The notes below the pieces were generated by a model, which saw nothing but the letters and a program-made list of their open reading frames with translations, made no database searches and had not been told where the DNA came from. From contig CAJJCZ010000006.1 in the NCBI GenBank assembly GCA_905182795.1, positions 3,264-67,263 on the forward strand: a DNA stretch of 64,000 bases, in the 5' to 3' direction. The translations under genes and the position numbers were made by a program. Below, one piece after another: positions 9,428-19,570 of the stretch (its first letter is position 1; each line of letters begins with the position of its first letter). The DNA is from an uncultured bacterium (GTDB lineage Bacteria; Fidelibacterota; Marinisomatia; Marinisomatales; Marinisomataceae).

Positions 9428-10398
9428 TCGTTCTAGGAATAGAAACATCTTGCGACGAAACCGGTGTTGCTATATGCGACAATTCAACAATCATTTCAAG
9501 CTATACTAAGACCCAATCTATTCATACAAAGTTTGGTGGAGTAGTGCCAGAAATTGCATCAAGAGAACATGAAAAATTCTTACCAGAAATTACTGAAAAG
9601 GTTCTGAAGGATTCTAAATTGCAATATTCTGATTTAGAAGCAATTGCAGTAACAAGTGGCCCAGGATTGATGGGATCTTTATTGTCTGGCATCTCTTTTG
9701 CTAAAGGTATGTCGCAAGGTTTGGATATTCCTATTATCCCTATCAATCATTTAGAGGCACATTTAAATTCAGCATTTATTGAGTTTGAAACATTAGATCC
9801 CCCTTTTATCAATTTGCTTGTTTCGGGTGGTCATACACAAATATGGCTTGTTAAAGATTTATTTGAATATACTTTGCTAGGTGAGACCTTAGATGATGCA
9901 TGTGGAGAAGCATTTGATAAAGGAGCTAAAACGTTAGGATTAAATTATCCCGGCGGACCTGAAATAGAAAAATTAGCCATGAAAGGCGATCGAGAATTAA
10001 TAAATTTTCCACGCCCTGTAATTAATGATGGAACTTATAATTTCAGTTTTAGTGGACTCAAAACATCTTTAATTAATTGTGTTAATAAGAACAAATATAA
10101 TCTAGATGATGTCGCTGCCAGCTATCAAGAAGCTATCGTTGATTGCTTGATAGGAAAATTAAAAAATTGTATGGATGATTTAAATATTAATACTAGCATA
10201 GTATGTGGCGGAGTTGCTGCGAATCAACGATTAAGAGAGAAGTTAAATGCACTAGATAAAACTATTATTTTTCCCTCCTTAAAGTATTGTACAGATAATG
10301 CTGATATGATAGCGTTTCTAGGAGAAAAAAAGATAAATAATAATTCAGCTAAAATTGGTATCAATTTTTCTGCTTATTCTAGAGGTATGGTTGTTTAG
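9424..10398 (+). CDS. tsaD: tRNA N6-adenosine threonylcarbamoyltransferase
   Basis: MIVLGIETSCDETGVAI N-terminus, HLEAH and SGGHT motifs. TTG start overlaps the upstream stop. Confidence 0.9.
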   Translation: MIVLGIETSCDETGVAICDNSTIISSYTKTQSIHTKFGGVVPEIASREHEKFLPEITEKVLKDSKLQYSDLEAIAVTSGPGLMGSLLSGISFAKGMSQGLDIPIIPINHLEAHLNSAFIEFETLDPPFINLLVSGGHTQIWLVKDLFEYTLLGETLDDACGEAFDKGAKTLGLNYPGGPEIEKLAMKGDRELINFPRPVINDGTYNFSFSGLKTSLINCVNKNKYNLDDVAASYQEAIVDCLIGKLKNCMDDLNINTSIVCGGVAANQRLREKLNALDKTIIFPSLKYCTDNADMIAFLGEKKINNNSAKIGINFSAYSRGMVV

Positions 10399-10400
10399 CA

Positions 10401-11645
10401 ATGAAAAATAAATATAAGATATTTTTATTATGGATGTCCATTGGTGTGGCTATAGGTTCAGCAATTTACGTTAACTCACTTTCCCTTTTCTTTTTTGCCG
10501 ATGAAACTGATATTATTTCAGATACTATAATTCCAGAAACTATTGAATCAAAAATTTCAGAAGATATAGTAGATATAGCTATAAAGAATGTTATTGTATA
10601 TCCAAATATTTTTGATAAAAGATCTATTTATATTGATATTGAAATTAATAATCAAAATGGTGATGAATTCACTCAAATTACACTATCTAATGGTGGAAAA
10701 TTAATAGCATCAGATAAGATCAAATTATATAGGAATAAGCATACTTATTTTCAATCATTTCTTGTTAAAGATGATATTGATTTTAATAAAATATTTGATG
10801 TAAAAATTTCTAGTCTAAAATCAGAAGGTAATATATCAAATAATAGACATAGATTTACTACAAGTTTAAAGGCAGAAAAGCTTAATGTTGCTCTCATTAG
10901 CGGTACTTTAAATTATAATTCCAAAGCTATAATTAGTAAAATAGATAATAATTTTGATCATTTTTTTCCTGAAATAGATAGTTATGCGCATAATTTTGAA
11001 AATTTTTGGTTTAAAAAATATGATATAATTATTTTTGATAACTTCCCTGAAATTCCTGTTTCAGATCGATGGTTCAATCTTTTTATAAAGAAAATTTATT
11101 CAGAAAAGACCTCCCTAGTGATGTTTAAAGGCGATACACAGGACTTAGGCTCATTTATCAAAATGGGACCTCTATTTGGATTAGATTTTGCGACAGAAAG
11201 CGAATTAAGGAATGTTGCTAAAAAAACTTTTTTCACTAAAAACCATTTTAAGTCTGTATTGATAAATGATGAATTTTTTTATAAAGAAGTATTCAATGGA
11301 AAAGATACATATTTTGACGAAGCAATTGAATGGGTATCCAAGAAAAAAGATCTAAAATATTCTTTCTTTCTAGGTAATAAAAATTATCATATCAATGATT
11401 CAGTATTTATATATGGCTTTGCGAATCGTGTCGATAAAGATAAAAGAGATTTCATAGTATATATTTACAAAAATGGAATATCTATAAAAAAAGAAAGATT
11501 ATACTTAAACCCTGTATCAAATTATTATTTTAATCAATTCAAAATTTTAGATTCGGGAGATTATGAAATTAAAATTACCGATAAGGATAATTTTACTCTA
11601 CAAACGATTAATTTTAATATCTTAGAAGAATTAACTAGATTATAA
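10401..11645 (+). CDS. Hypothetical membrane-anchored protein (414 aa)
   Basis: Long ORF with an N-terminal TM helix (IFLLWMSIGVAIGSAIYV). I recognise no catalytic motif. It is tightly packed between tsaD and serS. Confidence 0.6.
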   Translation: MKNKYKIFLLWMSIGVAIGSAIYVNSLSLFFFADETDIISDTIIPETIESKISEDIVDIAIKNVIVYPNIFDKRSIYIDIEINNQNGDEFTQITLSNGGKLIASDKIKLYRNKHTYFQSFLVKDDIDFNKIFDVKISSLKSEGNISNNRHRFTTSLKAEKLNVALISGTLNYNSKAIISKIDNNFDHFFPEIDSYAHNFENFWFKKYDIIIFDNFPEIPVSDRWFNLFIKKIYSEKTSLVMFKGDTQDLGSFIKMGPLFGLDFATESELRNVAKKTFFTKNHFKSVLINDEFFYKEVFNGKDTYFDEAIEWVSKKKDLKYSFFLGNKNYHINDSVFIYGFANRVDKDKRDFIVYIYKNGISIKKERLYLNPVSNYYFNQFKILDSGDYEIKITDKDNFTLQTINFNILEELTRL

Positions 11646-11648
11646 CAT

Positions 11649-12914
11649 ATGATAGATATAAAAAATATAAGAGAGCAACAGTCTTTAATTCAAGATAGGC
11701 TTACAAAAAGAGATAAATCTATAAGTTTAGATAGTATTGTATCAGCTGATTTAAGTTTGAGAGAATTGACAAAAAAACTTAATGATTTACAATCTGATCA
11801 AAATCAACAATCAAAAGAAATTGGTATCTTAAAATCTCAAGGCAAGACAGATGACTCTGTTTTCGTAAAGCTAAAAGAATTATCAAATACTATTAAAGAT
11901 CTTGAGGCAGAGCATCGCATTAAATCTAAAGACTTAAAGAGTATGCTTTTAGAGCTTCCTAATATTCCTCACAGTTCAGTACCTATTGGAGCATCAGAAA
12001 AAGACAATGCTCTAATTAAGGACTGCGAATCAAAGAAAAAGATTAATTTTTCACCAAAGAGTCATGTTGATATTGCTCAGGATCTTGATTTAATTGATTT
12101 TGAAGCAGGAGCAAAGATTTCTGGTGCTGGATTTCCTCTCTATAAAGGCAACGGAGCATTGCTTGAGAGAGGATTACTTAATTTTATGATAGATTTTCAT
12201 TTGAAGAACTATAATTATACAGAGTTTTTTACTCCATTTTTAGTAAAGCCAGATTCTGCTATAACAACAGGTCAATTACCAAAATTTGATGAAGATATGT
12301 ATCATATAGAAAAAGATGAATTATATTTAATACCAACAGCAGAGGTGCCATTAACTAATATTCATAAAGATGAAATCTTAGAAGTATCTGATATCCCAAA
12401 ATACTACTTAGCTAATTCTGCATGCTTTAGAAGAGAAGCGGGTTCTTATGGTAAAGACACCAGAGGCTTACTAAGAGTACATCAGTTTAACAAAGTTGAA
12501 TTAGTGAAATTTGTACATCCAGATTCTTCATATGAAGAACTAGAATCTTTAAAAAATCAGGCAATAAAATTGTTAGATTTATTAGAGCTCGATTATAGAA
12601 TTATAGAGCTATGTACTGGAGACTTAGGTTTTTCTGCCGCAAAATGCTATGACCTAGAAGTTTGGGCACCAGGTGAAGAAAAATGGCTAGAAGTATCTTC
12701 TTGCAGCAACTTTGAAGACTTTCAATCTAGAAGAGGAAATATTCGATTCAGAGATGAAAATGGTAAAGTAGATTATGTACATACACTTAATGGCTCAGGT
12801 CTTGCAACCCCAAGAATTTTTGCTGCATTATTAGAAACTCATCAAAATCAAGACGGTTCGATTACAATTCCCGTAGCTCTGCAGCCTTATTTGGGCCTAG
12901 CGGAGATTAAATAA
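11649..12914 (+). CDS. serS: Serine--tRNA ligase
   Basis: N-terminal coiled-coil arm. The class II core has FRREAGSYGKDTRGLLRVHQF and GSGLATPR. Confidence 0.9.
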   Translation: MIDIKNIREQQSLIQDRLTKRDKSISLDSIVSADLSLRELTKKLNDLQSDQNQQSKEIGILKSQGKTDDSVFVKLKELSNTIKDLEAEHRIKSKDLKSMLLELPNIPHSSVPIGASEKDNALIKDCESKKKINFSPKSHVDIAQDLDLIDFEAGAKISGAGFPLYKGNGALLERGLLNFMIDFHLKNYNYTEFFTPFLVKPDSAITTGQLPKFDEDMYHIEKDELYLIPTAEVPLTNIHKDEILEVSDIPKYYLANSACFRREAGSYGKDTRGLLRVHQFNKVELVKFVHPDSSYEELESLKNQAIKLLDLLELDYRIIELCTGDLGFSAAKCYDLEVWAPGEEKWLEVSSCSNFEDFQSRRGNIRFRDENGKVDYVHTLNGSGLATPRIFAALLETHQNQDGSITIPVALQPYLGLAEIK

Positions 12915-13616
12915 TTGAAAAAAATCTGGGTTTATCTAAACCTCTTTATATGGACATTTTTTTATGGCATAAGATCAATGTTCTCAATTTGGTTTTCAAA
13001 AAATAAAAGCAATTTCAAATATTATGGAATTAATTGGGGTAAGACACTAGGGAGGCTATTTGGTATAAAGCTGAGAATTGTTGGTAGAAAAAATTTTGAT
13101 AGTAATAAGCAGTATATTTTTGCACCCAACCATTCCTCAGTAATTGATTTTCAAGTTCTATTAATAGCAGTAAATCAATATCTAGTTTTTGTTGCTAAAA
13201 AAGAATTAGATAGAATTCCTATATTTAATACTATTATTAAAACAGCAGGATTTATTCTAGTAGATCGCAGAAATAACAAAGAGGCTATTAGATCGTTAGA
13301 AAATTTAAGATTGGATATGAAAAAATATCCTCGTTCCGTTGCTATTTTTCCAGAAGGTTCACGATCAAAAGATGGAAATTTACAAGATTTTAAGAAAGGA
13401 GCTGCAGTGCTTGGAATTGATACTGGACTACCTATTATTCCCGTTGCTATTATCGGCTCATACAGCTGGTGGAATAGAGGATTATTTACAAAGAATCCAA
13501 ATATTATAACTATTATTTTTGGCAATCCTATAAATACAAGCAACAGTTCTTATGAAGATCGTGATAAGATTACGATGGGTATTAAAGATCAAATTATTAA
13601 ATTAAGAAATGAATAA
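12915..13616 (+). CDS. plsC: 1-acyl-sn-glycerol-3-phosphate acyltransferase
   Basis: Acyltransferase motifs NHSSVIDF (HX4D) and FPEGSRS. N-terminal TM segment. TTG start. Confidence 0.8.
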   Translation: MKKIWVYLNLFIWTFFYGIRSMFSIWFSKNKSNFKYYGINWGKTLGRLFGIKLRIVGRKNFDSNKQYIFAPNHSSVIDFQVLLIAVNQYLVFVAKKELDRIPIFNTIIKTAGFILVDRRNNKEAIRSLENLRLDMKKYPRSVAIFPEGSRSKDGNLQDFKKGAAVLGIDTGLPIIPVAIIGSYSWWNRGLFTKNPNIITIIFGNPINTSNSSYEDRDKITMGIKDQIIKLRNE

Positions 13617-14082
13617 TCATCAATATCAATTAGATCATAGTATAGATGCTATTACATCGGATAAGCAGTGTAATAAAAAAATTGTATTTACAAATGGATG
13701 TTTTGATATCTTACATGTAGGACATATTAGATACTTATCTGAAGCAAGATCTCTAGGAGATATATTGGTTGTTGGTGTTAATTCTGATGAGTCCGTAAGA
13801 AATTTAAAAGGTCCATCAAGGCCAATTAACTCTTTATCAGATAGAGCTTTGTTGCTTTCAGAATTAGTGTGTGTAGATTATGTTGTCAGTTTTAAGGAAC
13901 AAACTCCATTAAAATTAATTAAAATGATTATGCCAGACATTCTAGTAAAAGGTGGAGATTATACATTAGATACTGTAGTAGGATCAAGTGAAGTCATTGA
14001 TGCTGGCGGAAAAGTAGAATTATTAAAATTTCATGATGGATATAGCTCGACTAACTATATCGATAAAATAAAAAAACACTAG
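13609..14082 (+). CDS. Cytidylyltransferase-fold protein, RfaE domain II type (D-glycero-beta-D-manno-heptose 1-phosphate adenylyltransferase-like)
   Basis: VFTNGCFDILHVGHIRYL (the HxGH motif of the nucleotidyltransferase superfamily), at about 157 aa. Confidence 0.75.
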   Translation: MNNHQYQLDHSIDAITSDKQCNKKIVFTNGCFDILHVGHIRYLSEARSLGDILVVGVNSDESVRNLKGPSRPINSLSDRALLLSELVCVDYVVSFKEQTPLKLIKMIMPDILVKGGDYTLDTVVGSSEVIDAGGKVELLKFHDGYSSTNYIDKIKKH

Positions 14083-14121
14083 CTTGATTCTCAATTACTT
14101 TACAGATAATTTCCCTTCCCT

Positions 14122-15879
14122 ATGAGATTACTTAAATCATATATAATTTTAATGATGCTAACAGGTTATATCCTGGGACAAGATTCTAATATTCAAAAAC
14201 CGAAGAAGCCATTCATGAATACTAGCGATGCAGCATTTTTAGGAAATGGTAATCGAATTTCATCTATTTTGAATGAAGCAAAACAGTTTTTATCAGATGC
14301 TGTAATTGCTGATGTGAATCAAGATACTGTAGAGGTTGTCTATAATATTAAAAGAATTTTTGATTTATTATCAGATGTTGAGCAATTAGGAGTAAGAGAA
14401 GAGTTAGATAAGATAGAATTTGAAAAGTTTCAATCTGATTTTATTCAAATTTATACTACGCGTTTAACTACAATAGGTAGCTCAACTCAATTTTTAACAG
14501 CAGATTTAATTCGTAGAGATATTGCTTCTATAACAAATGAAAATGAATCAGTAGAAATGGGTACAACCAAATTTACTATTATTGATGATAGTGAAGGACA
14601 TATCCCTCTTGTGATGAATTCACAAGTTGAAAGCTACATTAGATATTTTCAAGGTAAAGGTCGTAAAGGATTCAATATTTGGCTTAGAAGATATGTTCAA
14701 TACAGAGATTTGATGTTACCGATTTTAGAAGAAAACAATCTTCCCGAAGAATTACTTGTTGTTTCTATGATTGAATCTGGTCTTGACCCAAAAGCAGTAT
14801 CAAGAGCTAAGGCGGTAGGATTGTGGCAATTTATGTATTCTACAGGAAAGCAATATGGACTAGAAAGAAATTGGTATATTGATGAGCGCCAAGATCCTAT
14901 AAAATCTACAGAAGCAGCAGCCAAATATTTTAAAGCTCTATATAAGGAGTTTGATGATTGGTATTTAGTCTTAGCTGCCTATAATACAGGACCAGGAAGA
15001 TTAAATCGTGCATTAAAACTCCATGAAACATCTGATTATTGGCAATTATATTCTCTTCCAAAAGACACTAAGAATTATATACCGTACTTTTTATCTTCTG
15101 CAATTATTTTAAAAGATCCGGCGAAATATGGATTTAAGATGCCAAAATCAAATACACTGAGATATGATAAGGTGACCATTGAAAAAAGTGCAGACTTAAC
15201 TGTTATTGCAAAAGCTGCTGGTACAAAACGTAGTACAATTCAACGCCTTAATCCTGAATTAAGACAACCAGCAACACCATCCAATGGATCGTATACATTA
15301 AATATACCGTACGGAAAGAAAGATAGTTTTTATAAGAAGTTTAATGCCTTGCCAGATGAACAAAAATTTGCTGTTCAAAAAATAGAACATCGTGTTAGAA
15401 AAGGAGAAAATTTTATATCTATTGCTTCTAAATATCGCGTATCTGTCGCAGATCTACAGACTATTAATAATATTAATAATATTAATAAATTATCTATTGG
15501 TCAGCGTTTAAAAATTCCAGTTAAAGGTGGCGTATATTCCAATTACCCAGAAAAAATTATATATAAGGTAAAAAGGGGCGATACTTTAGGTCATATTGCA
15601 GAAAAATATAATACTAGAGCCGCTGAAATTAGAAAATGGAATAATATGGGAAATACTTCTAGCATCTATCCTAATCAGAAATTATCATTATTTGTAAATA
15701 AGAAACCAGATGAGGACACTCCGAGTAAAAATGTTTATATTGTCAAGTCTGGTGACACCTTAGGTGGGATAGCCAATAAGTATGATTTAGAAGTGAGTAA
15801 GATTAGGGAATGGAATAGTATGAGAAGTAATTCTTCTAGAATTTATCCCGGTCAAAAACTAACTTTATTTGTAAAGTAA
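14122..15879 (+). CDS. Lytic murein transglycosylase with three C-terminal LysM domains (MltD-like)
   Basis: SLT catalytic region (SMIESGLDPKAVSRAKAVGLWQFM ... AAYNTGPGR). Three LysM repeats (VRKGENFISIASKY..., VKRGDTLGHIAEKY..., VKSGDTLGGIANKY...). Signal peptide. Confidence 0.85.
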   Translation: MRLLKSYIILMMLTGYILGQDSNIQKPKKPFMNTSDAAFLGNGNRISSILNEAKQFLSDAVIADVNQDTVEVVYNIKRIFDLLSDVEQLGVREELDKIEFEKFQSDFIQIYTTRLTTIGSSTQFLTADLIRRDIASITNENESVEMGTTKFTIIDDSEGHIPLVMNSQVESYIRYFQGKGRKGFNIWLRRYVQYRDLMLPILEENNLPEELLVVSMIESGLDPKAVSRAKAVGLWQFMYSTGKQYGLERNWYIDERQDPIKSTEAAAKYFKALYKEFDDWYLVLAAYNTGPGRLNRALKLHETSDYWQLYSLPKDTKNYIPYFLSSAIILKDPAKYGFKMPKSNTLRYDKVTIEKSADLTVIAKAAGTKRSTIQRLNPELRQPATPSNGSYTLNIPYGKKDSFYKKFNALPDEQKFAVQKIEHRVRKGENFISIASKYRVSVADLQTINNINNINKLSIGQRLKIPVKGGVYSNYPEKIIYKVKRGDTLGHIAEKYNTRAAEIRKWNNMGNTSSIYPNQKLSLFVNKKPDEDTPSKNVYIVKSGDTLGGIANKYDLEVSKIREWNSMRSNSSRIYPGQKLTLFVK

Positions 15880-15902
15880 GAATTTAATGGAGAATTGATA
15901 GT

Positions 15903-16193
15903 ATGATTAAACAAGATATAGTAGACAACGTTTCAGAAAAAACAGGATTAACAAAGCTGGAAGTTGAAGCTGTTATTAATACATCATTTAGCGAAATTAT
16001 TATGACATTAAGTAAAAATGAAAAAATTGAATTAAGAGGATTTGGGACGTTTGCAGTCAAGCATAGATTGCCAAAGAAAGCACGTAATCCAAAAACGGGA
16101 GATCCTGTTTATTTACCAGAAAGATATGTTCCGGTATTTAAACCTTCCAAACGAATGAAAACAACTGTAAACGATAAACTAATTGATTATTAA
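15903..16193 (+). CDS. HU/IHF-family DNA-binding protein
   Basis: 96 aa containing ELRGFGTFAVKHRLPKKARNPKTGDPVYLPERYVPVFKPSK, the classic HU/IHF arm. Confidence 0.85.
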   Translation: MIKQDIVDNVSEKTGLTKLEVEAVINTSFSEIIMTLSKNEKIELRGFGTFAVKHRLPKKARNPKTGDPVYLPERYVPVFKPSKRMKTTVNDKLIDY

Positions 16194-16206
16194 ATAGGAG
16201 CAATTG

Positions 16207-16302
16207 ATGCCTTGCGGTAAAAAAAGAAAAAAAAGAAAAATGAATACACATAAACGTAAAAAACGTTTGCGTGCAGACAGACATAAGAAAAAAAATAAAT
16301 AA
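16207..16302 (+). CDS. 31-aa extremely basic mini-protein, bS22 / AURKAIP1-COX24-like small ribosomal protein candidate
   Basis: It is not in the ORF track because it is too short. ATG 16207 is preceded by AGGAG (16195-16199). It translates to MPCGKKRKKRKMNTHKRKKRLRADRHKKKNK* and fills the otherwise empty HU-nadK spacer. Confidence 0.6.
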   Translation: MPCGKKRKKRKMNTHKRKKRLRADRHKKKNK

Positions 16303-16307
16303 CTAAA

Positions 16308-17174
16308 ATGAAACCGAAAAGTTTTGCTATTTGGGCAAATCCTAGAAAAAAAGAAGTTCCAGGATTAGTCCATGAAGTTATGTTGTGGGCAAAAAATAAT
16401 GATATGAAATTATTTTTGCCTAACAGCTTAGAGCACCTAAAAATTGCTCCAAATCATCCTAATACTTACGACTCTTCTAATCCACCTAATGTTGATTTTT
16501 TACTATGTCTAGGTGGTGATGGGACTCTTATTGCTGGAGTAAGAATTTTCAGTAACCCTACTGTCCCTGTTTTGGGAGTTCATATTGGTGGACTAGGATT
16601 TCTTGCACAAATTACCCCTAAAGAACTAACTGAAAAGTTAGATATGATCAAAGAGGAAAAATTTACTACTCAAAAGCGTTTAGTATTAAATGCTAAACTT
16701 TCTAATGATAAGAATCCTTATTTTGCAATTAATGATTTTGTTGTTCAGAATGAGACGTCTTATAGAGTTACTTCACTCTCTTTGTATATTAATGGAAAAC
16801 ACGTTAGTGATTATAAATCAGATGGTATTATTATTAGTACACCGACGGGATCTACTGCGTATTCCTTATCTTCAGGCGGTCCAATTGTGCAGCCTGATGT
16901 ATTTTCTATAATAGTAACTCCAATTGCACCGCACTCTCTGACTTCACGACCATTAGTTTTACCAGCAGATGTTGATATTGAATTTCAATTTAATGGTGAT
17001 TCTGAAAAAGAACTGAAATTGATTTCTGATGGACAAAATATTAAAAATTTTACCAATGATTCAATTGTAAGAATCTCTCAAGCAAATCATCATTTAAAAT
17101 TTATCACTTTTGAAGATTATGACTATTATAAAACATTAAAAACAAAAATGGTTTGGGGGAAAAGAGGTTCATAG
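16308..17174 (+). CDS. nadK: NAD kinase
   Basis: GGDGTLI motif and TPTGSTAYSLSSGGPIV motif. 288 aa. Confidence 0.9.
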   Translation: MKPKSFAIWANPRKKEVPGLVHEVMLWAKNNDMKLFLPNSLEHLKIAPNHPNTYDSSNPPNVDFLLCLGGDGTLIAGVRIFSNPTVPVLGVHIGGLGFLAQITPKELTEKLDMIKEEKFTTQKRLVLNAKLSNDKNPYFAINDFVVQNETSYRVTSLSLYINGKHVSDYKSDGIIISTPTGSTAYSLSSGGPIVQPDVFSIIVTPIAPHSLTSRPLVLPADVDIEFQFNGDSEKELKLISDGQNIKNFTNDSIVRISQANHHLKFITFEDYDYYKTLKTKMVWGKRGS

Positions 17175-17698
17175 TGAGTAGAATCTATAATATTATCATT
17201 ACTTGTTTTTTTATAAGTATTCTTAATGCTCAAAATATTATCCCATCAAAAGACGAGGTAATGAATCCCGCCTATACAATTGCTAAAAAAGAAAACAAAA
17301 ATGTTTTCCTAATGTTTGACGCTTCATGGTGTACTTGGTGTAAGCGCATGGATCAGAATATGAATAACAGTCTATGTAAAGATTTTTTTGATGATAATTA
17401 TGTTACAGTTCATTTAGCAGTAAACGAATCTGAAGAAAATAAAAAACTTGAAAATCCCGGTGCAGTTGATTTTTATAATTCGCTGAGAGGAGATGCGCGA
17501 GGTATTCCTTTCTGGGTTATATTTGATAGTAATGGTAATATTTTAGATAATTCTTTAGACCCTAATAGTAATAATATAGGTTCACCGGTAACTAAAGATG
17601 AAGTCAAGGCGTTCACGAGTATTCTTAAAGCGACAAGCAAATTAAATGAAAAAGATTTAGATATAATTACAGAAGTGTTTTGGGATAAAAACAGATAA
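17175..17698 (+). CDS. Secreted thioredoxin-fold protein (CxxC)
   Basis: Signal-like N-terminus, then FDASWCTWCKRMD (a WCxxC redox motif). GTG 17175, with an AAGAGG SD, is preferred to TTG 17153. Confidence 0.6.
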
Positions 17699-17721
17699 TT
17701 AATTTTAAAAAGGGAAAAAAT

Positions 17722-19065
17722 ATGGCTAATTCAATTTCGTTAAAAACAATAGAGAAATTTCAAAAAAAATGTGAATCAGATAATCATGTTAAGGTAGTAA
17801 GAAATGCAATGATTCGTACTGATTTAAGTGATTTAACCATGAATTGGGATCGCTATAGAAATATAAACCATTCTTTTTCTAATGTTGTCAAAGGAGAAAT
17901 GCCAGTTACTAATCAAAAATCTAGTGGAAGGTGCTGGGGGTTTGCTGGATTAAATTTGTTTAGATTCTATATTGGTAGAAAACATAATTTGAAAAATTTT
18001 GAGTTTTCTCAGAGCTATTTTATGTTTTGGGATAAGCTAGAAAAAGCAAATTATTTTTTAGAATGCATTATAGATTCTGCATCTGAAGATTGGAATAGTC
18101 GAATAGTAATGCATCTTCTTTCAAATCCAATTGAAGATGGCGGACAGTGGGATATGTGGGTTAGTTTAATTGATAAATATGGTGTCATTCCACAGTCAGA
18201 AATGTCAGAATCATTCTCATCGAGCCAGTCAGCTACAATGAATCGAATGATTGCTCGCAAACTTCGTGAAAATGCAAAAGATTTGCGTCAAAATATAGGT
18301 AAAGGCGTTTCAGGAGACGATTTAGAATCTATTAAAACAGATATGTTAGAGGAGATCTATAAGATGCTTGCAATGCATATTGGATCACCTCCAACTTCAT
18401 TTAATTGGCAAGCTCATGATAAAAAGAAGAAGTTTATTAGTTTTGAAAATTTAACTCCTAAATCTTTTTTTGATAATCATGTTGGATTGAATCTTAATGA
18501 ATATGTATGTCTTATCAATTGTCCTATGGAAGATAAGGAGTATAGAAAAGTTTATACTGTTGAAGCACTTGGAAATGTTGTTGAAGGAAATTCAGTTCGA
18601 TATCTTAATGTGACAAGCGAAGAAATGAAAGTTGCATCAGCGAGCTCTATTAAAGATAATCATCCAGTATGGTTTGGTTGTGATGTTGGAAAGCATTTTG
18701 ATAGAAAAATAGGAGTCATGGATATAGATTTATTTGACTTCAATTCTTTTTATCAATCAAAATTTTCTATGAATAAAGCCGATCGTTTACAGTATGGAGA
18801 AAGTCAAATGACCCATGCAATGCTTTTTACTGGAGTAGATTTAGATGCCGATGACAAACCTATCAAATGGCGAGTAGAAAATAGTTGGGGTGATAAAGTT
18901 GGAGAGAAAGGTTATCATATTATGTCAGATCAATGGTTTGATGAATATAATTATGAAGTTGTTGTACATAAAGATTACCTATCTGATGACTTATACAATC
19001 TTTATAAGAACGAAGAAGCTATTCCTTTAAAGCCGTGGGACCCAATGGGTTCTTTAGCAAAATAG
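17722..19065 (+). CDS. pepC: Aminopeptidase C / bleomycin hydrolase-type C1 cysteine peptidase
   Basis: VTNQKSSGRCWGFAGLN active-site Cys region, HAMLFTGV His region and ENSWG. 447 aa. Confidence 0.85.
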   Translation: MANSISLKTIEKFQKKCESDNHVKVVRNAMIRTDLSDLTMNWDRYRNINHSFSNVVKGEMPVTNQKSSGRCWGFAGLNLFRFYIGRKHNLKNFEFSQSYFMFWDKLEKANYFLECIIDSASEDWNSRIVMHLLSNPIEDGGQWDMWVSLIDKYGVIPQSEMSESFSSSQSATMNRMIARKLRENAKDLRQNIGKGVSGDDLESIKTDMLEEIYKMLAMHIGSPPTSFNWQAHDKKKKFISFENLTPKSFFDNHVGLNLNEYVCLINCPMEDKEYRKVYTVEALGNVVEGNSVRYLNVTSEEMKVASASSIKDNHPVWFGCDVGKHFDRKIGVMDIDLFDFNSFYQSKFSMNKADRLQYGESQMTHAMLFTGVDLDADDKPIKWRVENSWGDKVGEKGYHIMSDQWFDEYNYEVVVHKDYLSDDLYNLYKNEEAIPLKPWDPMGSLAK

Positions 19066-19071
19066 TTTTAA

Positions 19072-19566
19072 ATGGATACGATTAGTCACGCATTTTGGAG
19101 TAGAGGGCTATTTGGCTATCGAGACCATAAATGGTTGGCAGTTTTTTTTGGAGTAATGCCAGATCTAGTCTCTCTTGGGCTTCTATTTATTATAAAGTTG
19201 TTTAATGGGATACTTAATTATGGTGCATTACCAACACTAGAAAACCTTTTTCAGCTAGCACCTTATCCTGACTATCCTGATTGGCTCTTTTTTATGGACA
19301 ATCTTTCGCATAGCTTTGTTGTAGCATTTACATGTATTGCTATTATTTATTTTATAAAAAGAGATTTTGTTCTGCCAATGCTCGCTTGGCCATTTCATAT
19401 AATGCTAGATTTTCCATTCCATACAAAAGAATTTTTTCCAACTAAGATATTTTGGCCAATTTCTGATTTTTCATTTGATGGTATTTCTTGGTCGAGTCCT
19501 GAAGTATGGTTTCCAAATTTAGCAGGAATTATTTTACTATTTTGGTATAGGAAAAAAAATAGATAA
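19072..19566 (+). CDS. Integral membrane protein, possibly a DUF457/YdjM-like membrane-bound metal-dependent hydrolase
   Basis: 164 aa with several hydrophobic helices and conserved-looking His residues (MDTISHAFW, LSHSF, PFHIMLDFPFH). Confidence 0.4.
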   Translation: MDTISHAFWSRGLFGYRDHKWLAVFFGVMPDLVSLGLLFIIKLFNGILNYGALPTLENLFQLAPYPDYPDWLFFMDNLSHSFVVAFTCIAIIYFIKRDFVLPMLAWPFHIMLDFPFHTKEFFPTKIFWPISDFSFDGISWSSPEVWFPNLAGIILLFWYRKKNR

Positions 19567-19570
19567 TTAT

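Noticed and set aside
15463-15489. Three tandem copies of a 9-nt unit (ATTAATAAT, the last imperfect) inside the LysM transglycosylase gene.
   Set aside because: It is in frame (INNINNINK) within an inter-domain linker. It is most simply low-complexity AT-rich coding sequence, with no evidence of a phase-variation role.
16690-16911. Same-strand alternative-frame ORFs inside nadK (16690-16911), ccmF (38090-38284) and ccmC (41421-41630).
   Set aside because: They are out-of-frame overlaps within genes whose main frames carry diagnostic motifs. There is no SD or conservation argument for them.
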